Virus record (IMG/VR): IMGVR_UViG_3300022562_002256
Coordinates: 96,001 to 160,000 of that record
Source: a virus
DNA: 64,000 nt
Strand: one strand, 5' to 3'
In this document: positions 18,577 through 27,580 of the stretch, one piece after another
How the letters are laid out: each line of letters starts with the position of its first letter
How positions within the stretch are numbered: position 1 is the first letter of the stretch
Made by a program: the position numbers and the translations under genes
Notes under the pieces: generated by a model
The model's input: the letters and a program-made list of their open reading frames with translations, nothing else
Database searches by the model: none
What the model was told of the DNA's origin: nothing

Positions 18577-20247
18577 ATGCCGGTGCGTAGAGGCGGCGGC
18601 GTGGCCTTGCAAGACGCGTGGATGGCTGAGGTGCCCATGGACCCGTTCTGCGACGTCGTGGGGTTGTTCCTGAGCCTGGGCGAGGCCGAGTCGCCACCGA
18701 CGGAGGTGCGCGCGCCCTATGAGGAGTACCACGACGACCCGGTCGGGTTCGCGGGCGACGTGCTTGGGATGGAGCCGTGGGAGCGGGAGCCGACCATGCC
18801 AGCGGAGGTGGCATCCCAAGCGGACGTGCTCCGAGCGGTGGCAAAGTACCGGCGCGTAGCGGACAAGAGCGGCCAGAAGACGGGCAAGAGCAGCCTCGCC
18901 GCCGTGGCAGCGCTGTGGTGGGTGTACACCCGGGTCCAGGGTTATGTCGTGCTGACAGCCCCGTCGGCGCCCCAGGTGGATGCGATCCTGTGGACGGAGA
19001 TACGCCTGGTGGCGCAGGGGCACCACCCGACACAGCGGGCCAAGGGGTTCGTCCCCAAGCTGCCAGGTGTGAACGGCGAGCCGGGGGGGCGTCTTTATGA
19101 GAGCGCGAGCCACGGATTGTCGCTGGGGGATGGGTGGGGCATCACGGGCCGGACCACGGACAAGCCCGAGCGGATGCAGGGGCCGAGCGGGGCCAATCAG
19201 TTCTATATCGTTGACGAGGCGAGCGGCTACTCGGAGGCCAACCTGCAGGCGATTCTTGGCAACCTGGCGGGCGGAGGCCACATCCTGATGCTCAGCAACC
19301 CGACCCAGGTGACCGGGACGTTCTTCGACGCGTTCCACGACAAGGCCGAGGTGTGGGAGACGTTCTCGCAGTCGTCGTTGCACACGCCGAACTTCCACGG
19401 CAAGTGCATCCCGGGGCTCGCCGACGCGGACTACGAGCGGCTGGCCAAGGTCGACTGGGGCGGCCCCGGCAACCCGATGTTCGATGCCCGTGTCCTTGGC
19501 CGCTTCCCGAGCGCGGGGGCGATGGTCGTGGTGCCCCTCTCCCTGGTCGAAGCGGCGAAGGCGCGGTGGGCAGAAGCTCCGTGGGAGGGGCGCCTCGAAG
19601 TGGGGTTGGACCCGAGCCGCGGCGGCGATGAGTGCGTCTATGTGTTTCGACGTGGGCTCAAGGTGGCGATGCCCGTGCCAGTCCATGTGGATGCCAACGA
19701 TGTCGAGGTGCCACCCGGTTGGCAGGTCGGCGCGGCGGTGGCGCGCGCGGTGCTCGAAGAACACGCCCTGCATCCCCATCCGGAAAAGCCGAGGGTCAAG
19801 GTTGACGCCATCGGGGTCGGGACAAGCGTGGTGGACTACCTCATGGCGAAGCATCGCCATGATTTTGACGTGATCGCGGTGGTGAGCAGCGGCGAGGCGA
19901 GTCCCCGCGTGCAGGTGCGACCCGGGCGCACGGCCAAAGATGAGTACACCAACCTGCGTTCCCAGATCGCGTTCGGCGTTCCCGAGTTCTTGCGGGCCGG
20001 CGGTGCTCTTCCGCCCGACGGCAAACTCCACGGCGACCTGGTAGCGGCGAAGTACAAGTTTGTCGGCGAGAAGACCGCGGTTGAGGAAAAGAGAGAGATC
20101 ACCAAGCGACTGAGGAGGTCGCCCGACCGGGGCGACGCCGTGGGACTGGTGATCTACGTGCCAGCCGGGCGGCGCTCGCCGCCGGCGCCCCCCGTCAAGC
20201 CACCCCCTCTGCAGTGCTTCCCCGCGGGGGCAATGGGGTGGGGTTGA
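18577..20247 (+). CDS. terL: terminase large subunit
   Basis: SGQKTGKS Walker A, YIVDEASG Walker B, LMLSNP, nuclease VGLDPSRGGDE...VKVDAIGVG...SPDRGDA. Confidence 0.85.
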   Translation: MPVRRGGGVALQDAWMAEVPMDPFCDVVGLFLSLGEAESPPTEVRAPYEEYHDDPVGFAGDVLGMEPWEREPTMPAEVASQADVLRAVAKYRRVADKSGQKTGKSSLAAVAALWWVYTRVQGYVVLTAPSAPQVDAILWTEIRLVAQGHHPTQRAKGFVPKLPGVNGEPGGRLYESASHGLSLGDGWGITGRTTDKPERMQGPSGANQFYIVDEASGYSEANLQAILGNLAGGGHILMLSNPTQVTGTFFDAFHDKAEVWETFSQSSLHTPNFHGKCIPGLADADYERLAKVDWGGPGNPMFDARVLGRFPSAGAMVVVPLSLVEAAKARWAEAPWEGRLEVGLDPSRGGDECVYVFRRGLKVAMPVPVHVDANDVEVPPGWQVGAAVARAVLEEHALHPHPEKPRVKVDAIGVGTSVVDYLMAKHRHDFDVIAVVSSGEASPRVQVRPGRTAKDEYTNLRSQIAFGVPEFLRAGGALPPDGKLHGDLVAAKYKFVGEKTAVEEKREITKRLRRSPDRGDAVGLVIYVPAGRRSPPAPPVKPPPLQCFPAGAMGWG

Positions 20248-20476
20248 CGTCATCCGTTGGTGTTGCTGGTTCGGGCGGTTTCGGGTCTCAGCCCGGGGAT
20301 CCGCCATCCCATCGGCGTGGTCCGTAAGGATCGAAAGGTGACGCCACGTCACTTTTCACGGGCGAGTCCTACTCGACGGCCGGAGCGTCCGTGGCCCAGA
20401 CTTTGATAGGGCTGCCGTTATCGGCAACCACGATGGGGCGGCGGAGTGGCGGTGTCGTGCCTCCGCCACTGGTTGG

Positions 20477-21160
20477 TCACCAACCCACTTCCACAACTCG
20501 CTGAAGAGTCGCGACGATGCTCTTGTGATATTTTTGCATCGCCCCGGGCACCCCGCGTCCGGTGACGATCGCCTCTCCAAGGAGCATGCCTGCAAGCAGG
20601 TAGGCGCGCTGCAGCCAAGTGTGCCCGTACGCATCCCATGCCGCCCACGGCACGGCCTCCGCCTCCGCGTAGGTCATCGGGCACGGGCTATCCTCCCCCT
20701 CACGCACAGCGAGAATCCATTGGCGGAGAGGCTCAAGGTACGGTGGCGAACACAGCATGCCCGGCAGCATGCCCCGCGCAGCCTCAAGATCCCCCGTCAG
20801 CGGATCGAGGAGCCCCACGCACACAGCCTCAGTGACCATGCGATGCACCGAGTCGGAGTAGCGAACATTGTGGTGACGCGGATGGCGCGTGCCGCCCACA
20901 TACCACTCACCCATGGGGCCGAGGGGTGCATCCACGCTCCCCTCACGGTCGCGCCCCTCGCGCGCTCGGCACGGAAACCCGAGCCAAGCAGCGAAATCGG
21001 CGACAAGGTCGACGGGCACCCCGAGGTCGGACTGCATCACCTCGCATCCATCTGGCTCAAGGGTGGGCATGCCCACCCTTCCGAGCACCTCATTGAGCGC
21101 ATCGAGCCGGTCGCCAGGCGGTGTAAGAAACCGGAACTCAATTCGGTACCAGTTGCTCAT
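20477..21160 (-). CDS. hypothetical protein
   Basis: Last gene of a coupled minus-strand unit starting at 21583. Confidence 0.55.
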   Translation of the reverse strand: MSNWYRIEFRFLTPPGDRLDALNEVLGRVGMPTLEPDGCEVMQSDLGVPVDLVADFAAWLGFPCRAREGRDREGSVDAPLGPMGEWYVGGTRHPRHHNVRYSDSVHRMVTEAVCVGLLDPLTGDLEAARGMLPGMLCSPPYLEPLRQWILAVREGEDSPCPMTYAEAEAVPWAAWDAYGHTWLQRAYLLAGMLLGEAIVTGRGVPGAMQKYHKSIVATLQRVVEVGW

Positions 21161-21381
21161 GGTGAACCCAATTCCGCTCGTCGCGCGGCCACGAAAACCT
21201 CCAACCAAGTCGCTCCGACCGCGAGGCGCGTGACGCTCCGCTCGCCGGTGTTGCGCCAAAGCGTCGCGCGGCCATTGGTCCGCTGCGCGTAGGCACCGTC
21301 GCCGAACAACCTCTTTGCAACCATGGTCGCATCTCGGACACTTAGCCGGTTCACTCTGGCTGCCTCCGCCGCACTGATCAC
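21157..21381 (-). CDS. hypothetical protein
   Basis: GTG start; ATGA coupling to the next gene. Confidence 0.45.
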   Translation of the reverse strand: MISAAEAARVNRLSVRDATMVAKRLFGDGAYAQRTNGRATLWRNTGERSVTRLAVGATWLEVFVAARRAELGSP

Positions 21382-21397
21382 TTGTGCCCTCAGCTTC

Positions 21398-21583
21398 TTA
21401 GGCGTTGAGGATGGCGGCTTCGGCCGCGGCGAAGTGGGTGGTGGCTTCGATGCGCCACTCGGCGAGGATGCTGCGGTCGACGTACCCGTCGGCGAAGCCG
21501 GCGAGGCTGTTGATGATGTCCATCGCCTCATCGAGGTCACGGCCGATGGCGTCGAGTTTCTCATTGCGGGCTGCGTCGTTCAT
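21398..21583 (-). CDS. small acidic protein, near-leaderless
   Basis: ATG 13 nt after a sigma-54 GC. Confidence 0.6.
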   Translation of the reverse strand: MNDAARNEKLDAIGRDLDEAMDIINSLAGFADGYVDRSILAEWRIEATTHFAAAEAAILNA

Positions 21584-21595
21584 GTCCGGCCGTCT

Positions 21596-21611
21596 TGCAC
21601 GCATCGTGCCA
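21596..21611 (-). promoter_or_regulatory. sigma-54 promoter
   Basis: TGGCACGATGCGTGCA; 13 nt to ATG. Confidence 0.8.
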
Positions 21612-21646
21612 AGGTGGTGGGGCGCAAAGCGGACTTCCCACGCCTC

Positions 21647-21853
21647 GCGTTTGCGGCACGTTTCGGGGCGAACAGCACGCACCGCCGATTCTGGACTATC
21701 ATCCCAGCGCGCAAACGTTTGCGCGTCGATTTTGCCAGGTTGGTGAATCCGCTCACGGTGGCACGCACGATCTAGCACTCAAGTGGCTGCCATCAGGCGC
21801 CGGTAAATTCTGCCGGCTAAACGCAAGAAGTGCGCGGGCGGTGGGGCGTGAGG
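21647..21853 (-). repeat. upstream cassette family B, copy 1
   Basis: Inverted copy of 61404-61608; contains CGCGCAAACGTTTGCGCG (21708-21725) and CCGGTAAATTCTGCCGG (21800-21816). Confidence 0.9.
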
Positions 21854-21965
21854 ATGGCACGGCGCGGGGGTGGCGGCGTGACCCCTGACGCACGGGTGCG
21901 TTAATCTGCGGCGATTTGCGATCGAGCGCCGCTCAACCGCCACCCCCGCGCCGTGCCGCTCGCCG

Positions 21966-21981
21966 TGGCACGGTTAGTGCA
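21966..21981 (+). promoter_or_regulatory. sigma-54 promoter
   Basis: TGGCACGGTTAGTGCA; 13 nt to ATG 21994. Confidence 0.8.
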
Positions 21982-21993
21982 TTATTGTCGGTC

Positions 21994-22191
21994 ATGAACC
22001 GCCCCGCGAACCTCGCCGACGCCCGTCAGACCTACCGCGCCCTCCGCCTTGCCACCACCCGCCACACGGCGGCCGATTTTGATGATCTCGCTCGGTCTAT
22101 TGCTAGCGAACTCGCCGACGGTGAGGACATCACCCCGGGGCTATGGGTAGATGCCGCTTATATCCTCCACAGCGGCCGAGACTACGCATGA
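21994..22191 (+). CDS. small hypothetical protein, near-leaderless
   Basis: Start fixed by promoter spacing. Confidence 0.6.
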   Translation: MNRPANLADARQTYRALRLATTRHTAADFDDLARSIASELADGEDITPGLWVDAAYILHSGRDYA

Positions 22192-22419
22192 AAGACGCCA
22201 CGTCATCCGGGCTGCCTTGCGGCGCCCGCTGGACGCCAATTGCAGGCGGTCACCCAAGGCGGTTACAGCCTCGCCAACCGCAGTGAACGTGGTCGTAGGG
22301 TACTTCTCAAGTAACCACTTGAGTTGCTCGGAGGTAGTGCGACCCCGCGTGCCGCCGTGGAGGTAGAATTTATAGAGCGCTCGCGCGAGATCATCGAGCG
22401 CTGCTGAGTTCACCGTCAT
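22141..22419 (-). CDS. small hypothetical protein, near-leaderless
   Basis: ATG 15 nt after a sigma-54 GC. Confidence 0.5.
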   Translation of the reverse strand: MTVNSAALDDLARALYKFYLHGGTRGRTTSEQLKWLLEKYPTTTFTAVGEAVTALGDRLQLASSGRRKAARMTWRLSCVVSAAVEDISGIYP

Positions 22420-22433
22420 GGTCGCCGTCGCTA

Positions 22434-22449
22434 TGCACGCTGCGTGCCA
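22434..22449 (-). promoter_or_regulatory. sigma-54 promoter
   Basis: TGGCACGCAGCGTGCA; 15 nt to ATG. Confidence 0.75.
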
Positions 22450-22521
22450 TGGTGAAGGATACCGCATCTGCCTTGCGCATGGGTCGCAGCGCTCCGCCAT
22501 GGTGAAGGAACGGTCGCCGGG

Positions 22522-22537
22522 TGGCACGGCTCGTGCA
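22522..22537 (+). promoter_or_regulatory. sigma-54 promoter
   Basis: TGGCACGGCTCGTGCA; 13 nt to ATG 22550. Confidence 0.8.
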
Positions 22538-22549
22538 AGACGGGCAGGC

Positions 22550-22801
22550 ATGACGACCACCAAACAGACCACGGCGGAAAAGTTCGCGACAGCGTGGGCG
22601 GAGTCCGTTCGCACCAACAGCCCGCTCGACGAGATGGGCATCGATCTCCTCGCCGATACCAAGAACAGGGTCGGCGTGTTCCCCGACGGCAGCGCCGTCG
22701 TGCTCCTCTACATCACCAGCGAAACTGGTTTCGCTGGTGCCGCCGTGGTCGCCAAAGCATCCGAGGCCGACGCCCGCGCTGCGCTGGCGGCCAACATCTG
22801 A
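22550..22801 (+). CDS. small hypothetical protein, near-leaderless
   Basis: Start fixed by promoter spacing. Confidence 0.6.
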   Translation: MTTTKQTTAEKFATAWAESVRTNSPLDEMGIDLLADTKNRVGVFPDGSAVVLLYITSETGFAGAAVVAKASEADARAALAANI

Positions 22802-22808
22802 GGACGCC

Positions 22809-23666
22809 ATGAGCACCCATCCCACACCCAAAATCACCAGGCAGGAAGTCCGCTGGATCCCGCTGCCGGACAGCAAAACGATTGACGTCTCGGGTCGCCC
22901 CGCGCGACTCTGGACGCTCTACGGCCCCGGTCGCGATGACCCGGCCGTGCCGCCCCAACTGCCCATCACCCCGGTCCATCACCATGGGGCATTCCTAGAG
23001 GACGAGACGCACGACTGGATCGTGCGCGGCAATACCCTGCGGTACTTCAGTCGCGTCACAGACCGAGGGACATGGGTGTTGCTCGAGTACGAGGATGCCC
23101 CTCCCCTCCCTTCCACCTCGTCGTCCACCCCCCTCACGCTTTCGGGACTCCTCGCCGCCGTAGAAACCGCGCGCGGCAACCGACAAGCTGCCGCGCGCGC
23201 CCTTGGCCTGCCGCTGCGTACATTCCACCGCCGCGTCGACGAGCTCGGCAGGGAAGCGGTCGACGAGTTGACCGCTCGTCTGGCTGCCGACGGACGCCTC
23301 GATTCTGCCACACGCCGCGGCACCGGGCACGCCCACAGCGCGCTCGCCGTACGGCAGGCATGGGATGCCCATCCGACTAACCGCGAGGCCGCCGCGCGGG
23401 CGCTGGGGGTGTGCGTTCGGGTGGCACTCCGGCTGGCCAAGCGCCACGGAGTCCATGTGCCGCGACCACCACGCTCAGCCACGTCACCGTGCCCCACAGT
23501 GGATTTCGTCTGCGCTCAATGTGGTGCGCGTCACCCGCGAGCGTGGCCGTCGCACAGCCTTCAGTGTCCGGCATGTGGCGGCGATGCATTCCGGCAAGGG
23601 GTGACAGCCCCGGGCGGCGACTCTGACTTGAGGCCGCCCGCGCCCCCATGCAAGTCTTGCGCTTAG
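22809..23666 (+). CDS. protein with two Fis-type HTH motifs and a C-terminal Zn ribbon
   Basis: ARGNRQAAARALGLPLRTFHRRV; HPTNREAAARALGVCVRVALRLAKRHG; CAQC...CPAC. Confidence 0.7.
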   Translation: MSTHPTPKITRQEVRWIPLPDSKTIDVSGRPARLWTLYGPGRDDPAVPPQLPITPVHHHGAFLEDETHDWIVRGNTLRYFSRVTDRGTWVLLEYEDAPPLPSTSSSTPLTLSGLLAAVETARGNRQAAARALGLPLRTFHRRVDELGREAVDELTARLAADGRLDSATRRGTGHAHSALAVRQAWDAHPTNREAAARALGVCVRVALRLAKRHGVHVPRPPRSATSPCPTVDFVCAQCGARHPRAWPSHSLQCPACGGDAFRQGVTAPGGDSDLRPPAPPCKSCA

Positions 23667-23773
23667 GCCGGCAGAATTTACCGGCACCTGATGGCAGCCA
23701 CTTGAGCGCTAGATCGTATGCAAGGTCGTGACCAACTTCACCAACTCGCCAAAATCGACGCGCAAACGGTGCG
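23656..23773 (+). repeat. upstream cassette family B, copy 2 (partial)
   Basis: CCGGCAGAATTTACCGGCACCTGATGGCAGCCACTTGAGCGCTAGATCG...AAAATCGACGCGCAAACGGTGCG; inverted relative to copy 1. Confidence 0.85.
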
Positions 23774-23864
23774 TTGCTTCTCTCCGACCCGGGGTGCTGC
23801 CCCGAGCAGGCATCATGCAGCGACACGTGACCCCCATTTGGTACTCGCCACGCCCTGCAGCCTG

Positions 23865-23880
23865 TGGCACGGTGCGTGCA
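23865..23880 (+). promoter_or_regulatory. sigma-54 promoter
   Basis: TGGCACGGTGCGTGCA; 14 nt to ATG 23894. Confidence 0.8.
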
Positions 23881-23893
23881 TACGATCTCCGCC

Positions 23894-24127
23894 ATGCTCA
23901 TGCTCGCCGACCGAATCGCAAATATAGTCATGACCATCCACGCCGACCCCGCCGCCTGGCTGCTGGAGGCGCGTCGCCTCTGCGACCGGGCGGGGTTGTC
24001 GCCTGCACGCGCGATTGTCCTTCCCGGGACGCTTGCGGCGGTGGCGCGAGCCATCGTCGAGGAAGCACAGAAGCAAGGGCGCTTCCAGCAGCTCGATGCT
24101 GCTGTGACCGCCATGGAGCAGCCATGA
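23894..24127 (+). CDS. small hypothetical protein, near-leaderless
   Basis: First gene of the operon leading to the C5 MTase. Confidence 0.6.
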   Translation: MLMLADRIANIVMTIHADPAAWLLEARRLCDRAGLSPARAIVLPGTLAAVARAIVEEAQKQGRFQQLDAAVTAMEQP

Positions 24128-24558
24128 CGACCGATATCCGCCGTGGAGACCGCATGGTCTTGGTGGCGGGGTCATGGCCCCGCCAGGTTGTAGCCGTGGC
24201 GGCAGTCGACGGCGATGGTTCCGTAGAAGCCCCCACAGGGGTAGCCGGGGCACTGGAGTGGTGGAGCCCTAACGGCCGCCGGCGCGGGGGGTTACGGACC
24301 GATACGCGCCGGCTCGTGCCACCAACCCCCGCGCTGCTCACGCGCCTCAGCGAGCGTCTTTTGTGGGAGGTGGCGGGCCGGCTCGCAACCGAGCTTGAGG
24401 ACGCCACAACGCACGGGCTACCTCCCACGGGCGAGGCGCTGGTCGCCTTTGTAGACCACCTGCGGGCGGCGCGGGAGATGCTGGACACCCGTGCTCAGGC
24501 CACACTGGCGGTCGACGCTTGTGGCCGACCACTCTACGCTCCCGAGGAGACACCATGA
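24124..24558 (+). CDS. hypothetical beta-barrel-like protein, paralog of the next ORF
   Basis: GDRMVLV...VVAVAAV...W..NG..RG...RRLVPPTPAL. Confidence 0.6.
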   Translation: MTTDIRRGDRMVLVAGSWPRQVVAVAAVDGDGSVEAPTGVAGALEWWSPNGRRRGGLRTDTRRLVPPTPALLTRLSERLLWEVAGRLATELEDATTHGLPPTGEALVAFVDHLRAAREMLDTRAQATLAVDACGRPLYAPEETP

Positions 24559-24938
24559 GCACGCAATTCGCGGTGGGTGAAGAGGCCATCCTTCTGGAGG
24601 GCGGCAAGCCCGTGGCGGTTGTCGCCATCATCAAGGTCACCCCGGGGGGACTTGTTGACGCCACGACGGGGTGGAATAGCCAAACCGAACGATGGAACGC
24701 CGATGGGTCTCCCCGCGGTAGCAGCTACCGTGGCTTCAGGTTACGCCGACTCGTGGTGCCTACCCCGTCACTCCGCGGGGAGGCCATCGCGAACACACAG
24801 CGCGCCGCGGTGCGGAAGGCGCTGGATGCGCTATCGAAGGCGACAATGGACGTTCTGCCGGCTGATGTGCTCCCCGATGTCATCCAGCACCTCGATGCCG
24901 CCATCGCCGCCATCGGGTCACGAGCGAGCAATGCGTGA
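24555..24938 (+). CDS. hypothetical beta-barrel-like protein, paralog of the previous ORF
   Basis: FAVGEEAILL...VAVVAIIKV...W..DG..RG...RRLVVPTPSL. Confidence 0.6.
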   Translation: MSTQFAVGEEAILLEGGKPVAVVAIIKVTPGGLVDATTGWNSQTERWNADGSPRGSSYRGFRLRRLVVPTPSLRGEAIANTQRAAVRKALDALSKATMDVLPADVLPDVIQHLDAAIAAIGSRASNA

Positions 24939-26271
24939 GATCATCGTTGACTGCTTCGCCGGCGGCGGTGGTGCCTCAACCGGAATCGAGCAGGCGCTCG
25001 GGCGGTCGCCGGACATCGCGATCAACCATGATCCAGAAGCCGTGGCGATGCATGCGGTCAACCATCCGGCGACGACGCACCTCTGCGGTGACGTCTGGGA
25101 CGTGAAGCCGCTTGACGCGACCCGGGGGCGACCGGTTGGGCTGCTTTGGGCCTCGCCAGACTGCAGACACTTCAGCAAGGCGAAGGGCGGTAAGCCGGTT
25201 GAAAAGCGCGTTCGGAGCCTCGCCTGGGTCGTTGTGAGGTGGGCGCGCGAGGTGCAACCGCGTGTGATCTGTCTCGAAAATGTCGAGGAGTTCGCCGACT
25301 GGGGCCCGCTCGTCGATGGGCGCCCGTGTCCTCTCCGAAAGGGCTTCACCTTTCGCCGCTGGGTCAAGGCTCTGGAGAAGGCCGGTTACCTTGTCGAGAC
25401 GCGCGATCTGCGCGCCTGCGACTTCGGGGCACCGACGATCCGCAAGCGCCTCTTCGTGGTCGCGCGCCGTGACGGGCTTCCCGCGGTCTGGCCAGCAGCG
25501 ACCCATGGCCGCGGGCTCCTCCCATACCGCACCGCGGCGGATTGCATCGACTGGAACATCCCTTGCCCGTCGATCTTCGATCGCAAGAAGCCGCTCGCCG
25601 CCAAGACGTTGCGCCGGATCGCGCGAGGGGTCCAGCGATACGTCGTCGACTCGCCCCACCCGTTCATCGTCCCGGGCACCGAGCCCACACCACTCGCTCT
25701 CCCACTCCAAGAATCGCTTTTCACGAACACCGATGACCCCGCATCTGGCGACCACGCCGGCGTAAGCGCCTTCCTGACCGACTACCTTGGCGGCGAAAGC
25801 GATGTCGCGCCATCAAGGCTTGGGTTGCATGCCATCCGCCCCGGCGCGGCGACCGACGTCGATCTCGTCGCATCCAGCCTGGTTCTATTCCACGGGTCGC
25901 GACGCGATGGTCAACCTATCGAGCGACCACTCCCCACTGTACGTGCTGGCGGCATGCATATTGCAGAGGTTCGCGCCTTCCTGGGCAGGCTTCGCTACGA
26001 GCACTCTCTTGCGGGGGGCGCCCCCGTCGTGATGATCGGCGCTGAGCCATACGGGATCGTTGATATCGGGATGCGTATGCTTTCGCCACGCGAGCTTTAC
26101 CGGGCTCAAGGCTTCGATGACGGCCATGTGATCGACGTCGATGCGAACGGCAAACGCCTCACCAAGGAGGCACAGGTGCGGCTGTGCGGCAACAGCGTGG
26201 TCCCCGCCGTCGCTCGCGCGATCGTTGTGGCAAACATGACCATGACGATGGCCGCCACCACGGCCGCGTGA
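24931..26271 (+). CDS. DNA cytosine-5 methyltransferase
   Basis: DCFAGGGGAS (I), WASPDCRHFS (IV), LENVEEF (VI), PTIRKRLF (VIII), QVRLCGNSV (X). Confidence 0.92.
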   Translation: MREIIVDCFAGGGGASTGIEQALGRSPDIAINHDPEAVAMHAVNHPATTHLCGDVWDVKPLDATRGRPVGLLWASPDCRHFSKAKGGKPVEKRVRSLAWVVVRWAREVQPRVICLENVEEFADWGPLVDGRPCPLRKGFTFRRWVKALEKAGYLVETRDLRACDFGAPTIRKRLFVVARRDGLPAVWPAATHGRGLLPYRTAADCIDWNIPCPSIFDRKKPLAAKTLRRIARGVQRYVVDSPHPFIVPGTEPTPLALPLQESLFTNTDDPASGDHAGVSAFLTDYLGGESDVAPSRLGLHAIRPGAATDVDLVASSLVLFHGSRRDGQPIERPLPTVRAGGMHIAEVRAFLGRLRYEHSLAGGAPVVMIGAEPYGIVDIGMRMLSPRELYRAQGFDDGHVIDVDANGKRLTKEAQVRLCGNSVVPAVARAIVVANMTMTMAATTAA

Positions 26272-26285
26272 CCGTTGTTCAACCG

Positions 26286-26301
26286 CGGCACGGTTGATGC
26301 A
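26286..26301 (+). promoter_or_regulatory. sigma-54 promoter
   Basis: CGGCACGGTTGATGCA; 15 nt to ATG 26316. Confidence 0.7.
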
Positions 26302-26315
26302 TGCCACCACCCGCG

Positions 26316-26534
26316 ATGACCACACCGACCACAATTCACTACGCTGTCTGGGACATGCGCGGGCCCGAACCTGTGCTTCAAGCGCGTTGCCTCAACCAGC
26401 AACGCGGAGACGGGCTGTCCGCGCTCAGCACCTACACCAACTGCCCAGCATGTATCGCGCTCCGAGCCGCCGACGAGCGAACCGACAAAAACCGGTGTCA
26501 TACGGCGAGGGGCACCCCGCCACCGGGATGGTGA
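26316..26534 (+). CDS. small hypothetical protein
   Basis: Near-leaderless start; CPAC. Confidence 0.5.
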   Translation: MTTPTTIHYAVWDMRGPEPVLQARCLNQQRGDGLSALSTYTNCPACIALRAADERTDKNRCHTARGTPPPGW

Positions 26535-26538
26535 CGTC

Positions 26539-27054
26539 ATGTGGCCACGGTCCAATCCATACATCGCCGACCGGCGCGCCGAGCGAGACCTCGCTCGGCA
26601 GGAGCTGCGACTGCAGTACGTGGCCAGCCAAAACAGGGTCTCCCGTATCGTCTGGGAGGCCGACGGCGCCCCGCTAAGTAAGGTCCGCTTGCTCCGAATA
26701 GCACACCAACGGGCGATCCAGTGTGAGTGCGAGAAGCAGATCGCCACTCTTCGCGAGTTGGACTACGAGGAATTCCTCCTGAGCAGGGGGGAGGCGCAAG
26801 CCCCGGCGCGGCGGCATCTCCCCTACGCGCTCCCCTACACGGTATTTCGAAAGCCCGCGGCAATCGAGCCCGCGGCAATCGAATCGCCATTCCAGTCATG
26901 GCGGGGATTCTTTCCGACAGGACCGGAGTGGCAATCCGAGGCGGCCCGGCGCGCCGAAGCGCGCCTGTATTTGTTTACGACCATGGCGCTTCGCCATCCA
27001 TGGCCCCGAAGCGCGTCGATGCCAACCACCGAGGATGCAGCCAATGACTCATGA
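26539..27054 (+). CDS. hypothetical protein
   Basis: In operon order. Confidence 0.5.
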   Translation: MWPRSNPYIADRRAERDLARQELRLQYVASQNRVSRIVWEADGAPLSKVRLLRIAHQRAIQCECEKQIATLRELDYEEFLLSRGEAQAPARRHLPYALPYTVFRKPAAIEPAAIESPFQSWRGFFPTGPEWQSEAARRAEARLYLFTTMALRHPWPRSASMPTTEDAANDS

Positions 27055-27538
27055 CGATACGTTTGACCTCACTGAGACGCACATCAAGCTGCTCCGCGCG
27101 GCCCACGTCGACTGGAACGGCGGCGAGTTCGGGGCCCCATGCATCGACCCCAAGCGCCCCTATGGCAGCAGTGATGGTGTGCGCGACGTCGCGCGGGCCA
27201 TGGGGTGGCCTATCCCTCCCATCGATCCGCCGCGCGAGCCGTACGAAAAGTGGCTTCGGGGGATCCATCGTGAAACCGCGACAGCCCTTCAGATCGTTCT
27301 GTGCACGGGTTCGTTCACACCCGGGACCTATCGGCGGCGAGTGGAGTGGGACGCGCGCTCGTGGGAGTTGGTGCCGGCAGCGCGCGAGGTGCGGGAGCAC
27401 TACGAGATCATCTGCGGGGGCAACGTGGTCGGTTGCACGTGGGGTGACGATGGCAAGGCATCGGTGCTCGCCGAAGAACCGCGCGCGTCATTCCGGCTGG
27501 TCGAGCCATCGGCATGCATGTCGTGCGCGGCTGGGTGA
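27044..27538 (+). CDS. conserved phage hypothetical protein
   Basis: FDLTETHIKLLR...GAPCIDPKRPYG...HRETATALQIVL...PGTY. Confidence 0.7.
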   Translation: MTHDDTFDLTETHIKLLRAAHVDWNGGEFGAPCIDPKRPYGSSDGVRDVARAMGWPIPPIDPPREPYEKWLRGIHRETATALQIVLCTGSFTPGTYRRRVEWDARSWELVPAAREVREHYEIICGGNVVGCTWGDDGKASVLAEEPRASFRLVEPSACMSCAAG

Positions 27539-27580
27539 CGGCGTACCGTCACCCAGCCGCCACCACGTGGGCCGATCATC

